64,000 nucleotides of DNA from NCBI GenBank assembly GCA_002633005.1, contig NMRA01000074.1:294812-358811 (forward strand). The letters are read 5' to 3'. The translations under genes were made by a program, and so were the position numbers. This DNA is from Phoronis australis (lineage: Eukaryota; Animalia; Phoronida). The number at the start of each line of letters is the position of its first letter. The first letter of the stretch is position 1. This document shows, piece after piece, positions 41,620-54,243 of this stretch. The notes beneath the pieces were generated by a model that was given only the letters and a program-made list of their open reading frames with translations, did no database searches and was not told the DNA's origin.

Positions 41620-41960
41620 ATGACAAACATTTGACTTGTGTTCCCCTGTTCGGGGCTACCATTGATTTTTCTGGCATCACCCATTTGCTGTGGAATTACT
41701 GGATATCGACCGTGATACAAACCAACAAAAGCACACAGTATGGCTATAAAAAAGACGGTGTAACTGTTAGCTGTGAACACTCCGCTGTCTTTTACCACTT
41801 TGTAAGACAAAGTGGTCACATCGACTGTACAGTCACAAATGGTCGTTACAAGAGGTCGAATCTCCCACAAGGTGGACTTGAAATCCCATCAGTGTATTCT
41901 TTTTTCGCTTTGGATTCTACCCTCATTGCTGATGGAAAAACATTTATTACAGTAAAGATA
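41620..41960 (+). pseudogene. HIRAN-like domain relic of the type carried by invertebrate DNA transposons
   Basis: SPVRGYH*..W..ELLDIDRDTN / KKDGVTV..EHSAVFYHFVRQSGHIDCTVT..KRSNLPQGGLEIP; stop and frameshift. Confidence 0.6.
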
Positions 41961-44900
41961 ATGTGCCTTATGTATAAAACCCAACGGCCCCTTTAAGGGC
42001 CCATCAAAACTGAAGAGGTGCTTCAATGATACCTAACAAACTAATAAGTAAAAAGTAGATCATGTTTAATGCATAATTTTGAATAGTAATACGTAATGGC
42101 TTTATATAGTCTCGAGGTTTCACAAAATGAACAGTGTCCTACCGGGCTACATTCAGGATGCAAAATGTCTCAATCACTAAATACATGTCCTTGGACTTGC
42201 TTTATAGATATTCTCAGTATCACAAGTTTTGTACTTTTGTTTCGTTTAGATTAATTCCTGATGAGGAGTTTGCATACAGATACCTCACAGGGCTCAACAC
42301 TAACCGTTGCCCGATTGCCTGTGTGCATGTAGATTTTGCGTCGAGCAAGTGGAATTTGAAGAGTACCTCCCCGATGGGCAAATTAAAAAGCTGACCCCGA
42401 CACAAACCTACGTACTGTCGAAAAAAACCTGGTGACCGTCAAAGAAACTCCCATCTTCGAATGAGCACCATAAGGAAAATTGAACCAGTGTGATGCTGTG
42501 TGCACCGATGATGCCTGTGGTCAAGTCCTTTCAATTCCTTGAACGAGCCCTGTAGTTTCTGAACAAGTTGTCACTTGATACTGCTGATCGTCTGCACTTT
42601 GGCAAAATGCCCTAGGTGTAGTTGCTAAAAAATGACCTCAGGAAGAATCAAAGCAATATGAAAAGAAAAGAGTGCGGGGGAGGGTTCCATCATGGTAAAT
42701 TAGGTTCTCTGGCCTGCGAGACAGTAAACAAGGGATGATGTGTGATTTTTTCCAGCATTTCCCAAGTGCAGCTGGAAGCACCATGTTCGTCGGCAGATGC
42801 AAGTGATACAGGTAAGCGCAAAAGCTAATAAGTGAATGATTGACCACATATTTTGCACACTACACAGCAGTTTTAAAGGTTGGGTATTTATTCGGAGGAA
42901 TTACATGAAGTGACACAACCAGTCCTCTTTAGGAGTGGAATATGTTATGTGTCACCTCATAGAAAACTATTGTAGGTTACATTTGTTGGGCTTAGGAGAC
43001 ATCATTTCCATTATTTGGTGGATGTTACATAATTTTTTATGTGCCTTCAAAGGAAAGAAATACTTATAATGTACCTGTTTGTACCAGTGGTTATTACATC
43101 CAGATAGGTGATATGCTTATTACGCCACTGCAGATATTTGTCAAGTTTATCAAATATTGTCACATGGGAGTTGCAGCCCACAGCAATAACACTTTCTTGG
43201 CATTGGAATGATGAATAGAATAATGCATCCGAGAAAAACTGGTAAAGAATTACAAAACAAATAACACAGGAATCTCCAGTGGCACAAAAACAAAGCAGCA
43301 AATGTGACTGACAGATGTTTACGGCATTGTGCGTAAATACTGTTACTTTGCATTTCTTAATCCTTGTCAAATAAAGAATCACATTGTTAACTTTACATAT
43401 AGTAAAGAACATTTAGAACACCTGATAAATCTTGTTTAAATGTAAACTTAACAATGACATCTGTGTCGAGGAAATCCATTCAAAACAACGTTTCATAGAA
43501 AATTGGGGTATTGTGATTATTTATCAGAGTATACCACAGCTCACTCATGCAATCTACATTTTGGGCATTTGCCAAAATTCACGACTCAGAAATGGGATAT
43601 CTTTTGTTTCTAGAATTTAAGACTAATGCTAATCAAAATATTACAAGTGGTTTTGAGAAGGCCAACAACTTTTAGCTCTTCACATGTGCTATAAAGTTTT
43701 AATGACATTGAAAAAATTGTGACTTTCTAAATGAGGAGTCTATCATCTAGGAGAGTTTATTAATATTTGATTGTCTGAAATTGAAGAGATTTTGAGGTAT
43801 TACCTACTATTAGGATAGTTGATCAGTTGTCTGACCTTTCACAAACATGAGTGTAATATTTTATATACCCCTACCAAAGTTACATTATTATTGAATAGTA
43901 GTCTAAATTTTGACCTTATTCTCATCGAATTTCTCTTAACGTTAGCAAGTTTTTATGTGTCGCTTATCAATATTGTTGATTCTGATTTCCATTGGATTAC
44001 TTATATTACCTCTATGTATATGACTTTCAACCCAGATATAATGCTTCGCGGTTTGTGGGTTTGTCATTATTTCTTTGTATGTTCTGTGTATCCTTCAATA
44101 AATATATATCAACTTAAAAAGTGCATTATTTTTGCATCTTTAATGTTCTGTTTGTTTTTTCAGATTCTCACGGTTTTCTCCAACAGCGTTCTAAGAATAA
44201 ATCAGGTAAGGTTAGCTTTAAGAGTGTTGTTTTAGATGACGAAGAGAAGTGGAAGATATTCCTCGATTGCCATTCTCAAAATGGAGGTCACATGGGCGTC
44301 AACAATACTGTGACCAAAATCTCATCTAGGTTTTATTAGTTAGGTATTAAATCAGATGTGCAAAGATGGATTTCTCAGTGTGATGCGTGTCAACGTTCTG
44401 CAAGGGTGTTAACTGTAGCTCCTGAACTAAAGCCCATCAAAACCCACGAGCCCATGGAGGTCGGTGTGGATCTGATTGGGCCTCTAGCATGCAGTGACTC
44501 AGGTAATCGACACTGATCTTTTTGTCTAAATATGTTGTGGCTTTTGCAATCCCTGAAAAATCTGCATCTTGTGTTTGTAATGAGCTCAAGTCTTTCTTTC
44601 TTACCTATGGTCCCCCTGAGAGAATCCCCTACAGACCAAGGGCGTGAATTTTGCAATGATCTTAATGAAAGAATCGTTTCTCTTTTTAATGTGAAGCATT
44701 TGGTCACTTGCTTACAATCCACAGACCAACGGGCAAGATGAGAGGACCAACCAGACTCTGAAGAAAATTCTGTCCGAAATGTCCAGTGAGAGCAATACCG
44801 ACTGGGACCAGCACATTGAGACGGCTGTGTTTGGCATTAATACAGCTATTCAAAGCTCCACTCATTATTCTCCTTTTTATCTGATGTTCAATCATTCTGC

Positions 44901-45109
44901 GAGGTTTTTTCAGAGATACCACACCGAGAAACTAGTCCTGAGACAGAGGCTGGGGCAGAATCATACCGAGCTGATGGTGTTACTGAAGAAGAGGTTCAAA
45001 ACAGACTTGAGGTGACGGAGAGGGTCAAGGAAATTGTTGACGAAAATGTGTCTAGAGCTCAGATGAAGCAGAAAAAGCACTACGTGCTGAAGAAGTCAAG
45101 GGAAGCAAA

Positions 45110-47052
45110 CAGCATTTTTTCACTCAGGGTCCAAATTTAGATTTTTTATGCTATGCACTCATATTGACAAAATTCCTTCACCTCTGGCAGATTTTTGTAT
45201 GATGATCTTGTTTTAGCATTGGTATTTATGAAATTTACATATTTTAAAGTACAAAAAAATGTTGATCATGGCCAGAGTAATCCTTAATATAGCTGAAAAT
45301 AGCCAGAAATCCACTGTTATATTGTTTCACTGAAATATTGCATGTTTTCAATACACATGGCATTTAATTAAATCAAACATTTAATTGAAATTTGTTTTTT
45401 CATGAACTTAACATGTATTTCTTGTTCTTCTTCAGGTGATTGCAGGTATCTGAATTGTCGAACACAATTTTCAGGCAAATTTACAAAATGTCAATGTTAT
45501 GCAAAACACTTAAATTTGAATATGCTCCTTCTCTTACAGCCATGGTTGAAAAAGAAAAGCATCACTAGTGTTTTGAACTGTTTTTTAATTGTTCATTGTA
45601 TATAGAATTTGATTCAGAAACTACATATTAGTACCAGATGTCCTAGTGATTGGATTCCTCAATCAAACAATATCACCGTCATCTAAGAAAAACTGTGTAT
45701 TCTCCGCAGCCATATCTCAATTCCATTAAATTTTTTCCTTTGATAAAACATAATTGATACTGCAGATTGGGAATCTTGAAGCTGTCTGTGGCCCACAAAA
45801 ATATTAGACCAAGCCCTGGATTTGAATTCATCATTTAGCAAAAAATTTTTCGTATTCTCCGTAGCCCCTGTATTCTCCGTAGCCCCCAATTTATAACTTT
45901 GATTTGTTTGTACATGGTTTGAAAAAACTTGTATGTAGGTGCATTTACTAAGAAAATAGACACAAGCAAACTCTCCAACACACGAAAAATTGCAATTTAT
46001 TTATTTAAGGGTGGTTAATGAGGCAAGTTTAGCCAAAAATTAACCTTTCAACTTTTTCTTTGTATTCTGTGGGTCAAAATTTGAAATCAACTGAAAATTC
46101 TCCTAATTTAATCAGGTGAAATTCAAAAATAACTAGTTGCCATAAACAACCACAATTGAATTACTCCACAGATTAAATGACGCAATGGCTGACACCAAAC
46201 AAGACAAGGAGCGAGAAAGGAAGAGAGAGCAAATGAGGAAGTACAGGGAAAATTTGCAGCAAAACAAAAGGAAATATGCAAGATATAAGCGAAAGGACAG
46301 AGAGCGGAAGAGGAGGGACTACAAGGAATTGGTAAAGACAGTAGACCGGTCAGTGTCACCTTAGTCTCTAAAGCAAGAAAAAAGGCTGGAAGAAAGAATC
46401 ATCAAAAACGGAAAGAAAAGAGCAAAGTCAGGAAAGACTGTGAGAGTGCAAAAGCCATAAAAAAGAGAGGCTGTGAAACGAACCCAAATGTGGAGACTTC
46501 GGATTAAGCTACAGAAAACAGCTGCCACCAAAGATAATGAAACACCTGAACAATCAACAAGCTACATGTCTCGTACAGCAGAATGGAGAGCCATCAAACA
46601 TGCTAGATCCAATCTTCCTAATACTCCAATCAAATGAGCACGAATTGTGGAGAAACTTGCAGGTTAACCTCAGTGTCAACAGCATTTACCAAGTAAAGGT
46701 GCTATTGTGACACCGTTCATTAAGAAGAAACTGGCTCTGGCAGAACATTTTACTCAGTCAATTGCTGATCACATTGAAAAAGTAAAGTTTGATGGGAATT
46801 CCCAAACTATGAAAAAACACTCCTACAAGTTGCTTAAATCTGTGGGGCAAGGAAAAAACAAAACCTATCATCGTCAAAAGCAGAGCCTGAAACGCATGCT
46901 GCAAAGTAATCTTCGCATCAAGAAGAAGTGCATTAGATGGTGGACCTTGGCTACGCACAAGAAATGTCGAGACGAGTTAAATCAAGCAATCAGTCAAAGT
47001 GTTTCGGAGTTTTTTCTACTACCTAGGTTAGTTGTTATGTACCAAACAAGAA
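45110..47052 (+). mobile_element. inserted DNA-transposon fragment with decayed basic ORF (46185-47052) resembling Sola transposase N-terminus
   Basis: KRTQMWRLR..NLPNTPIK*ARIVEKL..KKCRDELNQAISQSVSEFFL..YVPNKK; flanked by 89-bp duplication of host sequence. Confidence 0.5.
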
Positions 47053-47649
47053 AGGGTCAAGGAAATTGTTGACGAACATGTGTCTAGAGCTCAGATGAAG
47101 CAGAAAAAGCACTACGTGCTGAAGAAGTCAAGGGGAGCAAAGTGTTTTGACTTCTCTGTGGGGATGGAAGTATTGGTCATTAAACATGAGGAAACAAGGT
47201 CGGAAGGGGATGTGTCTTGACGACGAATGGAAGGGTCCGTACACCATTGCAGAGCTTGGGGAACAGTCTGCGACTTTGATCGATGGGAATGGTGTACGCA
47301 TGGCCAAAAGGGTACCTGTAGTCCAACTGAAGCCTTATTTGAAGTCATCAGAGCCACGTCAAAGTTCAAAAGACCCTGAAACCACCAACTCCTTTTGTGA
47401 CTCCAAGATTCCTGTGAATCCAGAGGTAGAAAGTCCTTCATCTTTTAACTGCTCTAAGTCATCTGATGCAACAAAAACCTGTTCCTCGTGTGATCTCTGG
47501 TCCAACTTCTGCTTCAGTGCCCACAAAATCAACAGGCGTGGGAAAGCCCCCTATGGATCCATCACACCTCTCCAAACCATCCAGCGCTACCAAGCCCACC
47601 CTCAGCACTCATACTCCATCAGGTGACAAACATCCCAAAACAGGTGATT

Positions 47650-48070
47650 CGGATTGCCCACTTCAGTCCGAAGGCCCAGTGTCTCCACTTATGTCTAATC
47701 TATCTCCATCTTGTGTTGCAGGTTCTACGACAGGTGATGCTGATGATCAACACCAGTCTCCAGCAAAGTCAGTATCTGCAAAACCTGCAGATGAACATTC
47801 AAATGTTTCAGCACTTAAGAACAGAAAAGTACAGCGAGCATGCAGCAAGGCTAATCCAACTTTCATATCTAACCCCTCCAACTTATCTGTACAGTCACCA
47901 TCTGAATGCCCAGTTCCTCCACTTAAGTCTAAACCATCTCTATCTAGTGTCGCAGATTCTGCTATTGGAGATGCTGATTGCCAATACCAGTCTCTAACAA
48001 AGTCAGTATCTGTAAAAATGCACATGAACATTCAACTGTTTCGGCGTGTAAGAGGAGGAAAGTAGAGCAA
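47650..48070 (+). repeat. internal ~170-bp duplication in Ginger linker
   Basis: SEGPVSPLMSNLSPSCVAGS..KSVSAK vs SECPVPPLKSKPSLSSVADS..KSVSVK. Confidence 0.75.
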
Positions 48071-49087
48071 GGGCGTGATAAGGCTGTTCCAACTGTTTTT
48101 CCCATTTGCCAGGTGACGTCATTACCAGCTTTAACATTGGCCGAGAAGCCGACTTTACGAAAAACACTTGACCCGTCATAATCTAAGTGGTTGGATGACC
48201 GGAATTATTGACAGAGCACAATCGATCCTGTCATCTCAGTTTCCCGAATTGTCCAGTTTCCAGTCATGTGTTACACTGACTGATGGTCATTATGGTGGGT
48301 ATATGCCAGAAGAAAATTCCTGCTTTGTACAGATTCTAAACATTAGCAGAAATCACTGGGTCACTTTGGGTAACTTAAGGTTTTGAAAATCACTCAATGC
48401 TGTACAGCTGTATGACAATTTACCAGGTAACAGTGTTCCTCAGATTGTACAAAAACTTGCAGCCGCTGTTTTGTATGATTCAATTGACCCTCAAATTTCT
48501 GTTGAGGTGATGAATATCATGCGACAGAAAGGCTCTGATAACTGTGGCCTGTTTACCATTGCCAACGCATCTGCACTGTGCTTCAGGGATGATCCTCCAC
48601 GCATTGTATGGAAACATAATGAAATACGAAACAAGACATCTGCATAAATGTCTCATTAATGGGAGATTTGAAATGTTTCCACACCACTACAATGCACACA
48701 ATACAAAATTTTCCACCATAAAGTTCTCATTGGATGGATCAATATTTTGTGGGTGCCGTATGCTCAATGACAATAGATGTGAAATAGTGTGGTGTGACAC
48801 CTGCCACGGATAGTTCCACCAGGAATGTGAAAGTCTGGATGAGAATCAGTGAGCACAGGTCACTTCAGATGCATCACCAACATACAGCTGTAAGGGCTGC
48901 ACCTCTGCACCAGCGTAATTGACAGTGCACACTACTGAAAGTACCAACTCGTGCAAATCACCGTTCTTCCAAGCCACCTCAACCTCCTCTACTAATCATA
49001 ATTTAATGGTCTCTGAAGTCCATGTTTCAGATCATGATGCTCTTGTCTGTGGTTAATTCTAGCAGTTTTCATTTTCAGAATTTCATT

Positions 49088-49435
49088 TATGGTTTTCTTG
49101 AAGTCCAATTTCAAATCCTCGCGTTTTATTCAGTTTCAGATTTGTGGGATTTTATGCTTCCTTATTTTGGTGTGAATATAGGAGTTACTTGTGCACGCTT
49201 ATATAAGTATGCTGCCATCTTGGTGTTTTCATTTTGGTTTTTCTTGAAATTCAATTTCAAATCCTCCAGCTTTATTCAATTTTAGATTTTTGGGATTTTA
49301 CGCTTTCTGACTTTGGTGTGCATATACGAGTTACTTGTACACGCTTATATACGTATGCTGCCGTCTTGGTGTTTTCGTTTCGGTTTCTGTTGAAGTCCCA
49401 ATTTCAAAATCCCTTGCTTTATTCAGCTTTACAAA
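49088..49435. repeat. ~145-bp tandem repeat, ~2.4 copies
   Basis: ttttcttgaagtccaatttcaaatcc...gagttacttgt.cacgcttatat..gtatgctgcc.tcttggtgttttc repeated. Confidence 0.85.
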
Positions 49436-49815
49436 ATTAGATACTTGTGATGTTGGATGTGTGATTGTGTGAGAAAATTAAGTTTGCTATTCTATGAATG
49501 GCAAAGTTTGGATGCAGTGGCGAATGCATTTCGCAGAGCAAAGATATTTCCCGACATTTGTGTTTCAGCCTTGACCACGGGAAAAACATTTGGTCGCTCC
49601 TGTCCTTGCATGCACTAGAACAAATGCATTTCTAGGCAGTTGCTTGTCTGAACAACATCACGGGATATTTGCAATACAAATAATATGAAGTAAGTTATTG
49701 AAGTTTGACTAAGGGTATTATGGCAAATGTATTTCAAGAGACACTCCGATGCGAGAAATTACGACATGCCCTCATTGTCCTTATCTTACCACAAAATAAG
49801 CCAACACTTGAAACA

Positions 49816-50118
49816 TGTAGTAAATGTCGACATCACTCTCAGCTGTGGCGTCTCTATGTTGTGATGTCCTTTTTCTTGCAATGTTGGTCTTGGCCTGGTG
49901 CGACACCTGACGCCAGAAGTGCCCAGCAGAGGTCACACTGTCATCACGTGACCAGTCACCTCTCAAGACCATGTGACAAGATCGTCTGGGCCTTCTGGAG
50001 TTTGCGGCCGTCCTGTGCGGACGTGATGTAAGTACACTCTAGACTAAACTCTTTCACCGTGTTCAACAGGCCGAACCTGCTTGACTGTAGCAGTAGCTGC
50101 AGCCATACTAATACAACA
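49816..50118 (+). repeat. 5' LTR of element 1 (303 bp)
   Basis: TGTAGTA...TACAACA followed by PBS; first 171 bp repeated at 54258. Confidence 0.88.
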
Positions 50119-50120
50119 TT

Positions 50121-50134
50121 TGGCATAGTTGGCA
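50121..50134 (+). promoter_or_regulatory. primer-binding site, tRNA-Ser-like
   Basis: TGGCATAGTTGGCA vs TGGCGTAGTCGGCA (two CpG-type transitions), 2 nt after LTR. Confidence 0.7.
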
Positions 50135-50458
50135 CCTATTTCCCGATGTTGGAGCAGCGTGCGTGTCTTTCTGTGGTGGCGGGAAATAAGTTTTCATAAC
50201 TTGTTTTCTCGTGGCCATTTTGACAGTCACGTGCGTCACTGCTTTTGCAGTGCCTGAGTTCAGGTTAACTAGAGTATAGGCTACCAAAGCTTTTGTGGTT
50301 AGTGTAGGAATTGTATATAGGTATTTAATATTGGTTAAAATTGTACATAGTATAGTTTGTTATTCATAATTTTGTACATTAGTTAAATTGTAGAACTTTT
50401 CTAGGAATTCTAGAATAGGTCACATGACCACGTTGTTGCAAAGCCGAGTGTGTTCAAT

Positions 50459-51906
50459 ATGTCTTTTCAAGACAGGGTTCCAATTAACTTGTCTTTCCCA
50501 AGAGTTATTTAAGCTCTCGGGCATGACAGAAGATATTGCCCAAACCCTTCTGGCTTTTCGGCAAAGTCAGCCGATAACCCAGAGTAATGTTAACCACATC
50601 CATTCCGGATGGAGGTTGATGAGGAGTGCTATTTCTGGCATTGATTTCACGCAATATGGTGATGTTCAGTCCCGAGATACCTCTCCTCTGGGTAGTCCTG
50701 TACGTACCCGTTTGCCCCAGGACTTAAATGGCATTGCCCAGGCCTGTGACGGGTTAAACAAATCACTTGTTACAGTGAGAAGTACTCCACTAACCAGGAT
50801 GCTTCTTCGTCTGTGTCTGCCCCAGGTTCTGGTAGCCAAACGGCTGGTCCATCTACCTACACTCGTCCCTATAGTTTAAGGCCAAATGCCCCAAGTTAGT
50901 GTTTCTAGCGGAAAAAGGCAAGTGGGACGATTTTTTTTGGAAATTCCAGGGCTTAGCCAAGGACAATTTATGGTCCGAAGACAAGTGCGTCTCTGAACTA
51001 GGAATGTGTTTGGACGATGTTGCCTTACATTTTTTCCTTAATTTCATGAGAACGAACCCAGACTCTGGTTTCGATGATGTGGTTGCACACATGTCAGAAC
51101 ATTTTTCATCAACTGACTGCACCCAGGTCTTGCACCTTGAATTCCAATACGCCGAGCAGAAGCCGGGAGAATCTACTGAGAACTGGGCATGTAGGTTGAA
51201 CAGCTTATTTTTTTAACAGCCTTCCCGAACCCTTCGGAGCAAGAAAAAGTAGAAACTTGTATTCCGTTTCTCCCTTGGGTTACGAGATAAGGTTGTAGGT
51301 ACGCAGGTGATGAACTCATTCCCTTTGTGCCTAGCTGAGGTAGAGTCTAAAGCTGCATGGTTCGCAACGACTCACCGATTCATGGCGAATCAAAACCGTC
51401 AGTCTGTTTGGTTCGAGGGCTTACCATCGCGTAATGACGAAGCTTCTATCAACCTACTTTCGCAGCACAAAAAACATGCACCTAAATTCTCTCCAATAGC
51501 GTCCTCTCATTCAAACTCTGCAGTTGAGTCTAGGCTGCATGCTTTAGAGTCTCAGATGGCTAAGGTCAATTCTGAAATAGGAGGTCTTAAAGAAGACAAT
51601 GCCCTGATACATCGAGAACTTAAGAGTATGTTCCAGACTATGAGTTCGAATTTTAGAGGCATTACCTCAGATTTGTCGAGGGTAATACAATTGCTGGATT
51701 CTAATCCAAAACCATCTAGATCCCCTCCACTACCTAAGTCCCCCCAAACTTCCCCACAGAGACCTTCAGTAATGTGTTTTAAGTGTGGTAAGTTTGGTCA
51801 CTACCAGTCTGTGTGCCGTAGCCCGCAGTCTGCTAGAATTCGTCACACATCCTTTGGTGAGAAGTCCGATGATTTAAACGAGTTGGGACTGGACGATCAG
51901 GTCTAA
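50459..51906 (+). pseudogene. gag: gag of element 1 (frameshifted): HhH-like N-terminus, capsid-like domain, coiled coil, CCHC knuckle
   Basis: WDDFFWKFQGLA..W..LGMCL..AL.F; AEQKPGESTENWACRL; CFKCGKFGHYQSVC. Confidence 0.85.
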
Positions 51907-51915
51907 CACCAGTCC
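51873..51915 (+). promoter_or_regulatory. -1 ribosomal frameshift signal (T TTA AAC + hairpin)
   Basis: slippery heptamer in gag phase, 6-nt spacer, stem GGACTGG/CCAGTCC; -1 frame open ~70 codons. Confidence 0.7.
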
Positions 51916-52151
51916 AATCTCGTGACGCCACCAGTAGGGTATCCTCAGACTGCCCCACTAAAAAATTCAGTCCCACGGATGGTTTATTAGGTTCATTAAA
52001 TAAAAACATCAAAAGCCTATCGACTAATCTCTTAGACTGTTTTAAGAAGGGAGTTTTCCACTTCTTCTCGAAGTATTTCTGTGCACGATGAGGTGATTGA
52101 ATTACCCATTACTGATACTGATGTGATTGTAAAGCTGTTTCTAGTACCCAG

Positions 52152-53350
52152 GTGGTTGCTAATTCTGAGTCATTAGATATCGTGCACACCCTGGTTCCGG
52201 ATTCCATTTCAGGGGGGTCAAAGGTGCCCCACAACCCTGTCGTTTTGCGAGATCCACCTCCTGAGTTTGTAGACGCTCCTATGGAAACTATTAATATTCA
52301 GGAGGCATTTTCTGGTAACACCCTACACCAACAGGCTGGCCGTCTGCTTCACTGGAGGCAGAAGGTCACCCTTCCACAAAAGGTGAGGGATGCTGGTTCG
52401 CCATACCCTCGGATGTCGTGTGTGGCAAAAGCCCGCCAGCCACCTGGCCTGCCTCTAAAGGGTCAACGTTCATCTGGGGCTTCGCCGTCCGCATCCAAAG
52501 CTAAATCAGGACAAGTCCCTGATTTGGCTATAAATGCCCACTTCCATTTGGATCGCTTGTCAGTATCCTTGGCTCAGCGTCATATCACTGAGACTAGGAT
52601 GCTGACGATCGACCAAATGCTCACTGCCCAGTTGCCACGGGTTTCTCAAAGACCTGTAAGGTTGGTCGGCGGGATTGCAGTTTTCTGCGATGTGGAAAAC
52701 TGGAAGTACGTTGAGGCTTCCCGTTTACCACATGGGTGGAAAGCTGTGGTGGGGAACCACCCCAATGGGTTGGAACAACGAATCCCGGTGTTTTAGAGCG
52801 TCTCCCCCAGCTACTAAAGGAGCCCTTTGGAGCTGGCTTAGGCGAGGTCGGTCTGGAGGCCCGGGATGACTTGGCCACCCAAAAAGAGGCTCTGGAAGAA
52901 ATGGTGCGGATCTTTGCGGAGGTTCGGGCCAACTCCCCCAACCTCAAAAACAAAGTCGTGGTGATCCACATTCGTAGCTCCTCCGACAATCCACGCTTCT
53001 TTGTCTTTGACCTTCTGAAGCGCCACTGTGGTGCAGACTTGGGTTTGCATCTCCATTGTTTTGGAGGTGCGCCCGAGGATGTACTCCGGTGGACGGGGTT
53101 CTTTAGAAACTGCCACTTCGGCTTCGCCGGTCATGTGAACCAGTTTCTAAAGTACCAAAACAAGGGGTTACAAGAGGTTCCGCTGAATCGACTCCTCCTG
53201 GAGTCTGATTTACCGCACCTCGGCAAGCCCCAATGGCGCCCCAATACCTGGGGGGAAGTGGCTGTGGAGGTGGCGCAGCGTTCTCGTCGTTCCCTGCGTG
53301 ACATCCTGGCTGCTTCCACCAGGAATGCCAGGCGGCTTTACCATCTCTAA
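52152..53350 (+). pseudogene. TatD-family nuclease ORF of element 1 (domain ~52524-53350; one frameshift ~52764)
   Basis: NAHFHLD, VGNHP, GLGEVGLE, VVIHIR, HLHCFGG, FGFAG, PLNRLLLESDLPHL, EVAVEVA..STRNARRLY. Confidence 0.9.
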
Positions 53351-53627
53351 CAAAATTGTTAGAAGTGGTTTAGCATCCCGGTGTGCCTGGGTCATAACCT
53401 ATGCCCCAGGTTTTCTCCTAGTCCCTTGGGTAACTGCCCGTTATTGTAAACTCTGAGGCTGACTACGGTCTCTGGATTTGTGCCTTACCCTTGGTCCTAG
53501 AAGAATTGTGGTGTCCATTTAAGTAGTATAAGTAATTAAGTAGCATACTGGTCCATTATTTTTATATAGTAGAGTTTATTTGTTAAAACTATATAGTATA
53601 TTTTTGTTATAAGTTATGTTTCCATAC

Positions 53628-53631
<4 letters not shown>

Positions 53632-53662
<31 letters not shown>
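53632..53662. repeat. (TA)n microsatellite
   Basis: seen directly. Confidence 0.95.
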
Positions 53663-53666
<4 letters not shown>

Positions 53667-54243
53667 TATTTATATATTCAAGACTATACTTTCTACAGCA
53701 TTACGTATTAGTTGATGCTATATAGTTTATTAACTTAAGTTTTCCATAGTCTACGTATGTTATGAAAGACTATATCATTTTACATTTCACTATATCACTA
53801 CTAAAGCATTACTGAATACTCAACTTATGGCCAGTATGCTTTTCATTGTTCAGTTTTTTCTTAACTTATTAAAAAAAAATGTATATATACTCTTACCAGG
53901 TCATCACCAACAAACGGAGTGTTGTCATAATTTCCATGCCCCATGGTACTTGTGTTAGTGGGGCATATTTTTTTTTTTGTCTTTCAATCATCATGTTCCA
54001 ATATTCCGTTGGATATATGCTATGACTGAGTCTCTTTAGTTTTTGTGTTTTTTTTGGTAGGGGGGAGAATAGTTATATTTAGTAATAATCAGAAATTGGT
54101 ACTTTACTAGAGTCATTCCACATCACTTTAGTTATGGGGTCTAAGTTCTTGTTACTGATTTTTTTAGCCAAGGGTTTATGTTTAGATGTTGGGAATGACG
54201 TTCGCCATTTGCTATAAGGCTTAGGGCTCCATTCCTTTTCTTT

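Larger units (their letters stand above)
44164..48918 (+). mobile_element. decayed Ginger1/GIN-like element: integrase + GPY + S/P-rich linker + Ulp1-like protease + PHD
   Basis: CHSQNGGHMG..CDACQR, VGVDLIGP, TDQGREFCN, TNGQDERTNQTLK, WKGPY, VQILN..NHWV..LYD..QKGSDNCGLF, FCGCR..CDTC..FHQEC..CKGC; splice acceptor at 44163; no RT or gag; many stops and frameshifts; TIRs not found. Confidence 0.75.

Noticed and set aside
52152-53350. bacterial contamination or processed host TATDN pseudogene
   Set aside because: Enclosed by paired LTRs with PBS and PPT, no poly-A, and mirrored by a diverged homolog in a second LTR element
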